NCBI GenBank assembly: GCA_046075685.1
Contig: JBJTQP010000191.1
Location: forward strand, 1-61,323
DNA: 61,323 nucleotides
DNA from: Planctomycetaceae bacterium
Lineage (GTDB): Bacteria > Planctomycetota > Planctomycetia > Pirellulales > UBA1268
Direction: 5' to 3'
Shown: piece after piece, positions 8,682 to 16,377 of the stretch
How positions within the stretch are numbered: the first letter of the stretch is position 1
How the letters are laid out: each line of letters opens with the position of its first letter
Notes under the pieces: model-generated
What the model saw: only the letters and a program-made list of their open reading frames with translations
What the model was told of the DNA's origin: nothing
The model's database searches: none
Position numbers and translations under genes: made by a program

Positions 8682-9425
8682 TTACTTCAGCGAGATCGTC
8701 CGGGCGAGCGGCCGGAGGATCTGCTCCACCACGCACGCGTCGACCACTTCCCGGGCGAGCTGGGCGAGCCGGTCGAGCGCCTCGACATACGACGTGTCGG
8801 GATCGAGGCTGCCGTACTGCCGTGCGGTCACGTAGACGCTGAGTTGCTCCTCGTTGAACTCGCCGGTTCGCACCTGGAAGGCGTTGGTGCGGGTCTCGGT
8901 GCTCACTCGCACCTGGACCCGGCAATCCTCGTCGAGGGCGATGGTCAAGGACGGCTCGTAGTTGATCACCCGCGCGCCCGGGGCATCGCCCAGCCGCTCG
9001 AGCGCCGGCCCCACGCCGAGCGCCTCGGCGAGCAGGGCGTTGTGGTTGCCGCGGTAGGCGAAATCGAACCCGAAGAGCACGTCGAGGGCCTCGCAGTCGA
9101 GCGGGCTCACCGACAGGAACGCCGGGGCCATGTCGAGCACGAGGCGATGCTGCTCCAGTGCCGCATCGAGGGTCGGCGGATTGACGTGGCCGGAGCAGAG
9201 CCGCTTGACCTCGACAGCCGCCCAGCGATAGCGGCCCTGGTCCTTGTCTTCCTCGAGGACGTAATCCCGCTTGTCGCGGCAGTAGAACTTCCGCATCGAG
9301 GGAAACCGCTTCTGCACCCGCTCGAAATACTGGAGTACCGTCTCCCGCTGGGTGGGAAGCTCCATCTCCGTGGCCAGGTTCATGTTGACGTAGAAGTCGT
9401 CGGCAAGCGACGCGTAGGGCGTCAT
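8682..9425 (-). CDS. Conserved-looking hypothetical protein (247 aa)
   Basis: The ORF is clean, with balanced non-shadow amino-acid composition (MTPYASLADDFYVNMNLATEMELPTQRETVLQYFERVQKRF...). No motif was recognised. Confidence 0.75.
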   Translation of the reverse strand: MTPYASLADDFYVNMNLATEMELPTQRETVLQYFERVQKRFPSMRKFYCRDKRDYVLEEDKDQGRYRWAAVEVKRLCSGHVNPPTLDAALEQHRLVLDMAPAFLSVSPLDCEALDVLFGFDFAYRGNHNALLAEALGVGPALERLGDAPGARVINYEPSLTIALDEDCRVQVRVSTETRTNAFQVRTGEFNEEQLSVYVTARQYGSLDPDTSYVEALDRLAQLAREVVDACVVEQILRPLARTISLK

Positions 9426-9645
9426 GACCAGGGAGAGCTCCGGGGTTCACGGACAAGGGAAGCAAGTATAGCAAGCCCGTCGCGGAGATCGTGCGGGCCG
9501 CGGGCGGTTTCCGCGGCTGGCCGCGACGGCTGACCGGAGGCTGGAAACGCCAGCCGACTGCTGGCATACTCCGATCCGTGATGGGGGGCGTCGACAGGAC
9601 GCTCGCGTCTCCGTCGCGCTCCCGACCGTCCATCCCGGTCACATC

Positions 9646-9864
9646 GTGAGCGCCCTGCCAATGACTCCCAAGTTCGAAGAGGCCAGCATCCCCGCTGAGC
9701 GGCTCTCGATCGAGCAGCGGCGCGACGGGTCGATTCTCGTCCGCGTCAAGTCGAGCGGGCCCGACGGGTTGCGGCTCCCCGATGCCGTGTTTTCGTTTCG
9801 CTGCGGCGATCCCCAGTATTCGTACTGGCTGGCCCGGCTGAAGGCCGAGTCCCGCAGCGCCTGA
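9646..9864 (+). CDS. Small hypothetical protein (67-72 aa)
   Basis: The start is either GTG at 9646 or ATG at 9661. The translation MTPKFEEASIPAERLSIEQRRDGSILVRVKSSGPDGLRLPDAVFSFRCGDPQYSYWLARLKAE looks like a real protein. There is no clear SD. Confidence 0.4.
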   Translation: MSALPMTPKFEEASIPAERLSIEQRRDGSILVRVKSSGPDGLRLPDAVFSFRCGDPQYSYWLARLKAESRSA

Positions 9865-9978
9865 TCGCCCTCGTGCCGCCCGGCCGCTGGTGCAGGTTGC
9901 AAACCCGCACCTACGGGACATGCGTGCTGCCTTGCGGAGCCGCGGGCGTGCGGCCTGCGGTTTCTCACGCCGGCAGGC

Positions 9979-11340
9979 TCAGTCGTCCCGCGAACTCGCG
10001 ATCAGCGCGATGAACTCCCGGTTGCTCTTGAACTTCGCCAGCTGCTTCGTGAGCTGCTCCATTGCATCGACGTGGTGCATGCTCGACAGCGTCCGCCGCA
10101 GCATGTTCACGGCATGCAGCGTGTTGGGGTCGAGCAGCTTCTCCTCACGCCGGGTGCCGGACTGCGAGATGTCGATCGCCGGCCAGACGCGCCGGTCGGC
10201 GAGCTTGCGGTCGAGCACCAGCTCCATGTTGCCCGTGCCCTTGAACTCCTGGAAGATCAGCTCGTCCATCCGGCTCCCGGTGTCGACCAGCGCCGTCGCC
10301 ACGATCGTCAGCGACCCACCCTCCTCGAACACGCGGGCCGTGGCGAACAGCTTCTTGGGGATGTCGAGGGCCTTGATGTCGACGCCGCCGCTCATCGTGC
10401 GGCCCGTGTTGCCCACCCACTTGTTGAAGGCCCGCGCCATGCGGGTGATCGAATCCATCAGCAGGAAGACGTCCTTGCCCGTCTCGGCCATCCGCTTGCA
10501 GCGTTCCACCACCAGTTGCGAGAGCCGCACGTGGCTCTCCACGTCACAGTCGAGGCTGCTGGCGAGGACATCGCCCTTCACCGACCGCTTCATGTCGGTG
10601 ACTTCCTCGGGCCGGTTGTCGACGAGAAGAATCACCAGGGGGAGTTCGGGGTGGTTGGTGGAAACGGCCTGCGAAATCTGCTGCAGGAGCACCGTCTTGC
10701 CGGTCCGCGGCGGGGCCACGATGAGGGCCCGCTGCCCCTTGCCCAGCGGCGTGAGCAGATCCATCACCCGCGTGGTGATCGGCTGCTGGCCCGTCTCGAG
10801 CCGCAGCCACGTCTCGGGATTGATCGGCGTGAGCTGGTCGAAGGTCTTGACGTTGACGTAGTCGTCCGGCGGCATTCCCTCCACCGACTCGATCTCACGA
10901 ACGCGCGGCCCCTGCTGCCGCCTGCCGGGAAGGACCAGCGCCTTGATGAACACGCCCTCGCGGAGGCGATACCGGTCGATCATCGTGGCCGGCACGAACG
11001 GGTCGGTGCGTTCCCGCGTGTAGTTGGTCTCGGCGCTGCGGAGGAACCCGTAGCCGTTGGGGTGCATCTCGAGCACGCCCTGCCCCGGTTCGAGCGGGAT
11101 CGGTTCGCCGTTCTCCGTGACCTCGGGCTCCGGCTCCGGCGGCCTCATGCCCTCGCTGTCCATGCCCACGGCACCCGCGCCGGCCGGCGGCGGGCCGCCG
11201 CCCCCACCGCGACGAAAGCGGCGGCGGCGACCGTAGCCCCCGCCCTGATAGCCCTGCCCGGGCCCCTGCCCGGGCGGTCCGCCTCCCGGCCCCTGACCAC
11301 CAAAACCACCGGGACGCCGCGAACGCCTGCGTTTCGACAT
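9979..11340 (-). CDS. rho: Transcription termination factor Rho with an N-terminal Gly/Arg-rich disordered extension
   Basis: It has the cold-shock-like RNA-binding segment GVLEMHPNGYGFLRS and the Walker A motif APPRTGKTVLLQ, and is collinear with Rho to the C-terminus. I chose the ATG at 11340 (MSKRRRSRRPGGFGG...). The upstream part of the 557-aa ORF is not protein-like. Confidence 0.95.
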   Translation of the reverse strand: MSKRRRSRRPGGFGGQGPGGGPPGQGPGQGYQGGGYGRRRRFRRGGGGGPPPAGAGAVGMDSEGMRPPEPEPEVTENGEPIPLEPGQGVLEMHPNGYGFLRSAETNYTRERTDPFVPATMIDRYRLREGVFIKALVLPGRRQQGPRVREIESVEGMPPDDYVNVKTFDQLTPINPETWLRLETGQQPITTRVMDLLTPLGKGQRALIVAPPRTGKTVLLQQISQAVSTNHPELPLVILLVDNRPEEVTDMKRSVKGDVLASSLDCDVESHVRLSQLVVERCKRMAETGKDVFLLMDSITRMARAFNKWVGNTGRTMSGGVDIKALDIPKKLFATARVFEEGGSLTIVATALVDTGSRMDELIFQEFKGTGNMELVLDRKLADRRVWPAIDISQSGTRREEKLLDPNTLHAVNMLRRTLSSMHHVDAMEQLTKQLAKFKSNREFIALIASSRDD

Positions 11341-11984
11341 GGATGCTGAAAACCCCTGCACCAGGACTCCGGACTCCGTCCCATTCGAGCGGCCGCTTTG
11401 GTACCGGACGGGTTGCCCCACATCCTGCACCGGAATCACGAACGGTCGGCCGAATGAGTCGACCGAACACCGAGACCCACGAAGCGAAGCCGTGACGAAC
11501 ACGGCAGACCGGAACGCGGCCGCGACTCTGAACCCGGGGCCGAAAAACCCCTTGGGGGGCGGAATCCTGTGCGGACCCCACAACCCTTGGCCACGGCCCG
11601 TCCCACTCGCTGTTGAGACGAAGCCCTGCGACGAAGCCTCCGGAAGGCTCAAAGCTCGTTCCGGAATCGCCGAAAACGACGACGGCGAAAAGTATCCGCT
11701 GGGCGGGGAGTTCTGTCAAGGAGCCCGGACCCCAGAAATCGCCCGAAACCCCGCACATCCCCGTGCCTGGGCGTGGCCCGGCCCTGTGCGTCACGGGCCC
11801 CTGCGGCGGCTGGGGGGAGTGCGGGGCGGCTACCCCCGTGCGACCGTCCGGTTTGATGCGATTCCTGCATCCGCTTCGACCGATACCAGACACAGGGTTT
11901 TCCACTCGGCGCAGCAGCCGCGTTGCGGGCCATGGGGCAGCGAATCGCGGCACGCCGGCTCAACTCGAAAACGGGACCAGAGCG

Positions 11985-13538
11985 ATGGCTGGGTCTGTGC
12001 TTCGACACCATGTCGCTGTCCGACGCGTATCCGCGGCCGCACTCGCGAGCCTGCTCGCGGTAGCAGTTGCCAGTTCCCCAGCCAGGGCGGGCTTGCAATG
12101 GCATCCCGACCTCGCCACCGCGAGGTCCGCCGCCGCCGCGAGCCAGAAGCCGGTGCTGGCGGTGTTCACCGCCGGCTGGAGCCCCGAGTCGACAGCGTTC
12201 GAGAACCAGGTGCTGACGGCCACGGAAACCGAGGCCGTGATCCACGCCTGCTTCGAGCCTGTCCGCATCGATGCCGACCAACGCCCTGGTCTCGTGAAGC
12301 GGCTTGGGGTGGCCCACGTGCCATCCGCCTACGTGCTCGATGCCAGCGACGCGGTGCTCACCCGGTTCGACTGTCCGTCGGGCACGACGGCCTTCGTGGC
12401 GGCGCTGGCGAAGGCCGCCCAGGATGCGGCATCGGCGGCACGCCGGCAGGCATCGGCCACGACCACCGATCCCGCCGCCGAACGAGGCAGCCCGGCCGAT
12501 CTCTCCGGGAGCGGCTTCGCCACGAGTCGCGGCGACGGCAGCCCGATGACGGAAAAAGCGGCCGCCGGTGCCGGCAGCGGCTCGATCTCCATGGTCACGG
12601 CGAAGGTCCGTCAGCTCTCCGACTTTGCCACCCTCCCGCCCGGAGAAGCTGCGGCGGCGACCGCATCGCAGCCGCCTCGACCGGCGAGCCGCTCCGAACT
12701 GGAGCCGGCCCCCAGCCGCTTCGTCTCCACGTCTTCCGTCGAGCAGCCCGTCCTGCCGAGAACGCCGCCCGCGTGGCCCGCCGAGCCGGCTGGCGGCTCA
12801 GCCTTCACCAACGGCGCCGTTGAAACGGCCACTGCCCACGGAGCGATCGAGCCGAAGCCCATGACACCCGCCGGCACGCCATGGCTCACCGCCACCCCGC
12901 CTCCCGCAGAGCCGGACTCCAGCGCCACTGCCACCGATCTGCCACAAGCCGGCGGCAAGCCTTCGGGGTGGAGTTCCTTCGTCGCCGCATTCCAAAAGCC
13001 GTTCAACGTGTTTTCGAAGCCCGTCACCACGTCCGCGCCCGCCACCATGCCCGCTGCTCGGCCCACATCGCCGCTGGCGGCCGCAGCGGCGACAGGTTCG
13101 TCATCCGCGCTGGCGGCCACTGAGGCCCCGGACTCGCCAGCTGGTCCCGATCCCTACGGATCCATGCCGCTGGGACTGGAAGGGTACTGCCCTGTGACCG
13201 TCGCGGAACGGGGAGTGTGGACCGAAGGCAGAGCACAGTGGGGAGCCCGCCACCGTGGCCGCACCTACCTGTTCGCCGGGCCCGAACAGCAGCAGGCCTT
13301 TCTCGCGTCGCCCGACCGCTACGCCCCGGCATTGTCGGGTGACGACCCGGTGGCCGTGATCGACCAGGGCCGGAGCACCCCGGGGCGTCGTGCCTACGGG
13401 GTCACCTACCAGTCGCGGATGTACCTCTTCTCGTCGCCCGAGAGCCGCACGCAGTTCGCCGCCAACCCGGATCGCTACACCGGGGCGGCCATGCTCGCCG
13501 AACGGCCCGCGCCGGCCGACGCCGTTCGCCGCTACTGA
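11985..13538 (+). CDS. Secreted thioredoxin-fold protein (CxxC replaced by SPES) with two C-terminal YHS-like motifs
   Basis: The ATG at 11985 gives the signal peptide MAGSVLRHHVAVRRVSAAALASLLAVAVASSPARAG. The thioredoxin-like stretch is KPVLAVFTAGWSPESTAFENQVL. The C-terminus has the repeats GRTYLFAGPEQQQAFLASPDRYAP and SRMYLFSSPESRTQFAANPDRYT. Confidence 0.75.
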   Translation: MAGSVLRHHVAVRRVSAAALASLLAVAVASSPARAGLQWHPDLATARSAAAASQKPVLAVFTAGWSPESTAFENQVLTATETEAVIHACFEPVRIDADQRPGLVKRLGVAHVPSAYVLDASDAVLTRFDCPSGTTAFVAALAKAAQDAASAARRQASATTTDPAAERGSPADLSGSGFATSRGDGSPMTEKAAAGAGSGSISMVTAKVRQLSDFATLPPGEAAAATASQPPRPASRSELEPAPSRFVSTSSVEQPVLPRTPPAWPAEPAGGSAFTNGAVETATAHGAIEPKPMTPAGTPWLTATPPPAEPDSSATATDLPQAGGKPSGWSSFVAAFQKPFNVFSKPVTTSAPATMPAARPTSPLAAAAATGSSSALAATEAPDSPAGPDPYGSMPLGLEGYCPVTVAERGVWTEGRAQWGARHRGRTYLFAGPEQQQAFLASPDRYAPALSGDDPVAVIDQGRSTPGRRAYGVTYQSRMYLFSSPESRTQFAANPDRYTGAAMLAERPAPADAVRRY

Positions 13539-13548
13539 CCCGACGGCC

Positions 13549-15084
13549 TCATCGCGGCCGAGCCCAGTTGCGGCTGCGGTCCACCGCGTCCCGCCAGGTC
13601 GCCAGCAGCTGCCCACGGGCAGCGGGCTCCATCCGCGGCTCGAACCGCCGCTCCACGCGTCGGGCATCCGCCACGGCCTGCAGGCCGGAGAAGAATCCCG
13701 CCGCCAGGCCCGCCAGAAGCGCCGCGCCCAGGGCGGTCGTCTCCAACACGGCCGGCCGCTCCACGGCGATCCCGAGCAGGTCGGCCTGGATCTGCATGAG
13801 GAGGTCGTTGGCGCTCGCTCCACCGTCCACGCGAAGCTGCTGCAGCGGCACGCCCGCATCCCGCTGCATGCACTCGACGACCTCCACGACCGAGAGGGCG
13901 ATGGCCTCGAGGGCCGCCCGGGCGACGTGCCCCCGGTGCGTGCCCCGGGAGAGGCCGATCATCAGGCCGCGGGCCGCCGGATCCCAGTGGGGCGCGCCGA
14001 GGCCGGTGAGCGCGGGCACGATCGTCACGCCGCCGTTGTCGGGCACCGACGCCGCCAGCGTCTCGACATCGGCCGACCGCTCGATCAGCCCGAGGCCGTC
14101 CCGCAGCCAGCCGACGAGCGCGCCCGCGATGAACACCGAACCCTCGAGGCAGTAGTGGCGGGTCGGGGCCACGGCACAGCCCGGCGTCGTCAGCAGCCCG
14201 GATGAACTCTCCACCGGCCGCTCGCCGGTGGAGAACAGCAGGAACGCGCCGGTGCCGTAGGTGTTCTTCGCCTCGCCGGCCCGCTCCACGCCCTGGCCGA
14301 AGGCGGCGGCCTGCTGGTCACCGGCGCAGCCGAGGATCGGCACCGTCGCGCCCAGCAGTCCCGCGTCGGTCTCCCCGAACGATCCGCTCGACGGCCGCAC
14401 CTCGGGCAGCATCCGCCGCGGCACCCCGAAGATCCGGCAGAGGTCGTCGCTCCAGGCGAGCGTGTCGATGTCGAGAAGGAGCGTCCGGCTGGCGTTGGTG
14501 ACGTCGGTGGCGTGCACCCTGCCGCCGGTCAGCCTCCAGATCAGGAACGTGTCGACGGTGCCGAACAGCACCTCGCCGCGTTCGCACCGCGACCGCAGGC
14601 CGGGAATCGTGTCGAGGAGGTGCGCGATCTTCGTGGCGGAGAAGTACGGGTCGAGCACGAGCCCCGTGCGCCGCCGCACCTCGGGCTCCAGCCCGTCCGC
14701 CCGGAGCCGGCTGCAGATTGGGGCCGACACCCGGCTCTGCCAGACGATCGCCGGCGCGACCGGGCGGCCGGTGGTGCGGTCCCAGAGGATCGTGGTCTCT
14801 CGCTGGTTGGTGATGCCCACCGCGGCCACGCGGTCCGCGGCGATGCCCGCCGACTCCAGCACGCGGCGGGCGCAGGCGAGTTGCGTCCGCCAGATGTCCT
14901 CGGGGTCGTGCTCCACGATCCCGAGGTCGGCGCCATCGGGCCCCCGCTCGCTGCGGGCATGCTGCGGAAACTCCTCCTGCGCCACCGCCACCGGGGCACC
15001 CCGCCGGTCGAAGAGGATCGCCCGGCTGGAGGTGGTGCCCTGGTCGAGCGCGAGGACGCAGGACGGGTCGGGACGCGATGTCAT
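13549..15084 (-). CDS. glpK: Glycerol kinase
   Basis: The 511-aa translation has FGGY-family motifs ALDQGTTSSRAILFD and GCAGDQQAAAFGQG and is collinear with GlpK throughout. Confidence 0.95.
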   Translation of the reverse strand: MTSRPDPSCVLALDQGTTSSRAILFDRRGAPVAVAQEEFPQHARSERGPDGADLGIVEHDPEDIWRTQLACARRVLESAGIAADRVAAVGITNQRETTILWDRTTGRPVAPAIVWQSRVSAPICSRLRADGLEPEVRRRTGLVLDPYFSATKIAHLLDTIPGLRSRCERGEVLFGTVDTFLIWRLTGGRVHATDVTNASRTLLLDIDTLAWSDDLCRIFGVPRRMLPEVRPSSGSFGETDAGLLGATVPILGCAGDQQAAAFGQGVERAGEAKNTYGTGAFLLFSTGERPVESSSGLLTTPGCAVAPTRHYCLEGSVFIAGALVGWLRDGLGLIERSADVETLAASVPDNGGVTIVPALTGLGAPHWDPAARGLMIGLSRGTHRGHVARAALEAIALSVVEVVECMQRDAGVPLQQLRVDGGASANDLLMQIQADLLGIAVERPAVLETTALGAALLAGLAAGFFSGLQAVADARRVERRFEPRMEPAARGQLLATWRDAVDRSRNWARPR

Positions 15085-15131
15085 CGGTCGGCTCTCCAGC
15101 GGAAAACGACGGGTGCTACGAACGGCAACCA

Positions 15132-15190
15132 GAATCAGGGACGGCGACGGAAATCAGGGAAGGCGGCAGGAATCAGGAACGGCGACAGGG
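15132..15190. repeat. Three imperfect ~19-20-bp direct repeats (AATCAGGrAmGGCGrCrGG) in the glpK/15346 divergent intergenic region
   Basis: Read directly, the three copies are gaatcagggacggcgacgga, aatcagggaaggcggcagg and aatcaggaacggcgacaggg. Confidence 0.6.
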
Positions 15191-15345
15191 ACGGGCAAAT
15201 CTCGACCGGGACGGACGACAGGCTGCGCAGGTATCCTCCGTGCAATCCCCTTGCGACGGGCCGGCCCCGCCGCCACGGACGAGGCTCGACCGTGCCCCGC
15301 CTCCACGTGCTCGAGCATCGTACCCGCCCGTCACCACGACGAGCC

Positions 15346-16377
15346 ATGGCCGCCGTGCGGCGTGGTGCCGCGATCGGCCTCGCCATCGTCGCCATCGGGG
15401 CCTCCGCGGTCCATCCACGTGGCAGCGACCCACGTGGCAGCGACGCCGCAGAGCCGGTGGGGCTGGATGCGGCGATCGAGGCAACCTGGACGGGCGTGCC
15501 GATTCGCGAGTGGGCGCTGCGGGTGTCGGAGATCGCCGGCGTGCCGATCGTCGTCGATCGGCGACTCGACGCCTCCACCACGATCACGCTCTCCACGGAA
15601 GAAACGTCCCTGCGGACGGTCCTCGAGCGGGTCGCGGCGGAGCTGAATGCCACCGTGGAGCCGTTCGGCGGCACGGTGCTGCTCGTGCCAAGCACCGCTG
15701 CCGGCACCGCCACCGCCGCGGCGTCCGCCCGGGCGGACGAACGACGCCGGCTGCGGCAGGCCGGCCGCCGCACGCTCGACGGGCGGGAGGCCTGGACTTG
15801 GCCGGCAGCCGCTCGCCCCCGGGATCTCATCGCCAACGCGGCCGACGCCGCGGGCATCGCGATCACCGGGCTCGATCGCATCCCGCACGACCACCTGCCG
15901 GCCGCGTCCCTGCCACCGCTCCCGCTGGGCGAGCGGCTGGACCTCGTGCTCGTGCCCTACGGCCTGCGGGTGTCGTGGTCGGCCTCGGGGGGATCGATCG
16001 AACCAATCGTCGCGACCCCGGCCGCCGCACGGCCGGCGCAACGCCCGACAGCCGTCGACCCCCGGCGGCAGAGCGTCGCCGATCGTGCCCGCAATGGACG
16101 AGCCGCGGGCGAGCGATACACGCTGCGGCTCGAGTCGCCGCTCGATCAGGCGGTGAACGCGATCGCGGTGCGGCTGGGGCTCGAAGCCGCCCTCGACGCC
16201 GCCTCGCTGCAGGCGCGGGGCGTGGCCCCGGGCGAAATCATCCGCGTGGAGGCCCGCGACGTCACCCGCGACGAGCTGCTCGACGCGATCGTCGCGCCCC
16301 TGGGCCTCGCGTGGACGATCGACGCTGGCGTCCTCACGGTGTTCGCGGCACCACGATCCCCTGGAGCATCGCCATGA
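15346..16377 (+). CDS. Hypothetical secreted protein with two STN-like (secretin/TonB N-terminus-like) modules
   Basis: The ATG at 15346 gives a hydrophobic N-terminus (MAAVRRGAAIGLAIVAIGASA). The segments VPIREWALRVSEIAGVPIVVDRRL...LRTVLERVAAEL and LDQAVNAIAVRLGLEAALDA...RDELLDAIVAPLGLAWTI resemble STN-type modules by eye. Its stop overlaps the next start (ATGA at 16374-16377). Confidence 0.7.
   Translation: MAAVRRGAAIGLAIVAIGASAVHPRGSDPRGSDAAEPVGLDAAIEATWTGVPIREWALRVSEIAGVPIVVDRRLDASTTITLSTEETSLRTVLERVAAELNATVEPFGGTVLLVPSTAAGTATAAASARADERRRLRQAGRRTLDGREAWTWPAAARPRDLIANAADAAGIAITGLDRIPHDHLPAASLPPLPLGERLDLVLVPYGLRVSWSASGGSIEPIVATPAAARPAQRPTAVDPRRQSVADRARNGRAAGERYTLRLESPLDQAVNAIAVRLGLEAALDAASLQARGVAPGEIIRVEARDVTRDELLDAIVAPLGLAWTIDAGVLTVFAAPRSPGASP

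Noticed and set aside
11341-11984. A known ncRNA (RNase P, tmRNA, SRP or 6S) hidden in the long rho upstream region.
   Set aside because: I looked for the conserved cores (GAGGAAAGUCC, the tmRNA 5' end, the SRP GGAA-loop helix) and found none. The region is kept only as an unexplained long leader.
15078-16373. The N-terminal 432 codons of the 1024-aa ORF, and the first 278 codons of ORF 14512..16377.
   Set aside because: These parts overlap glpK on the antisense strand or the STN-like gene, and they are Arg-rich. Internal ATGs at 16374 and 15346 give signal-like N-termini and an ATGA junction.
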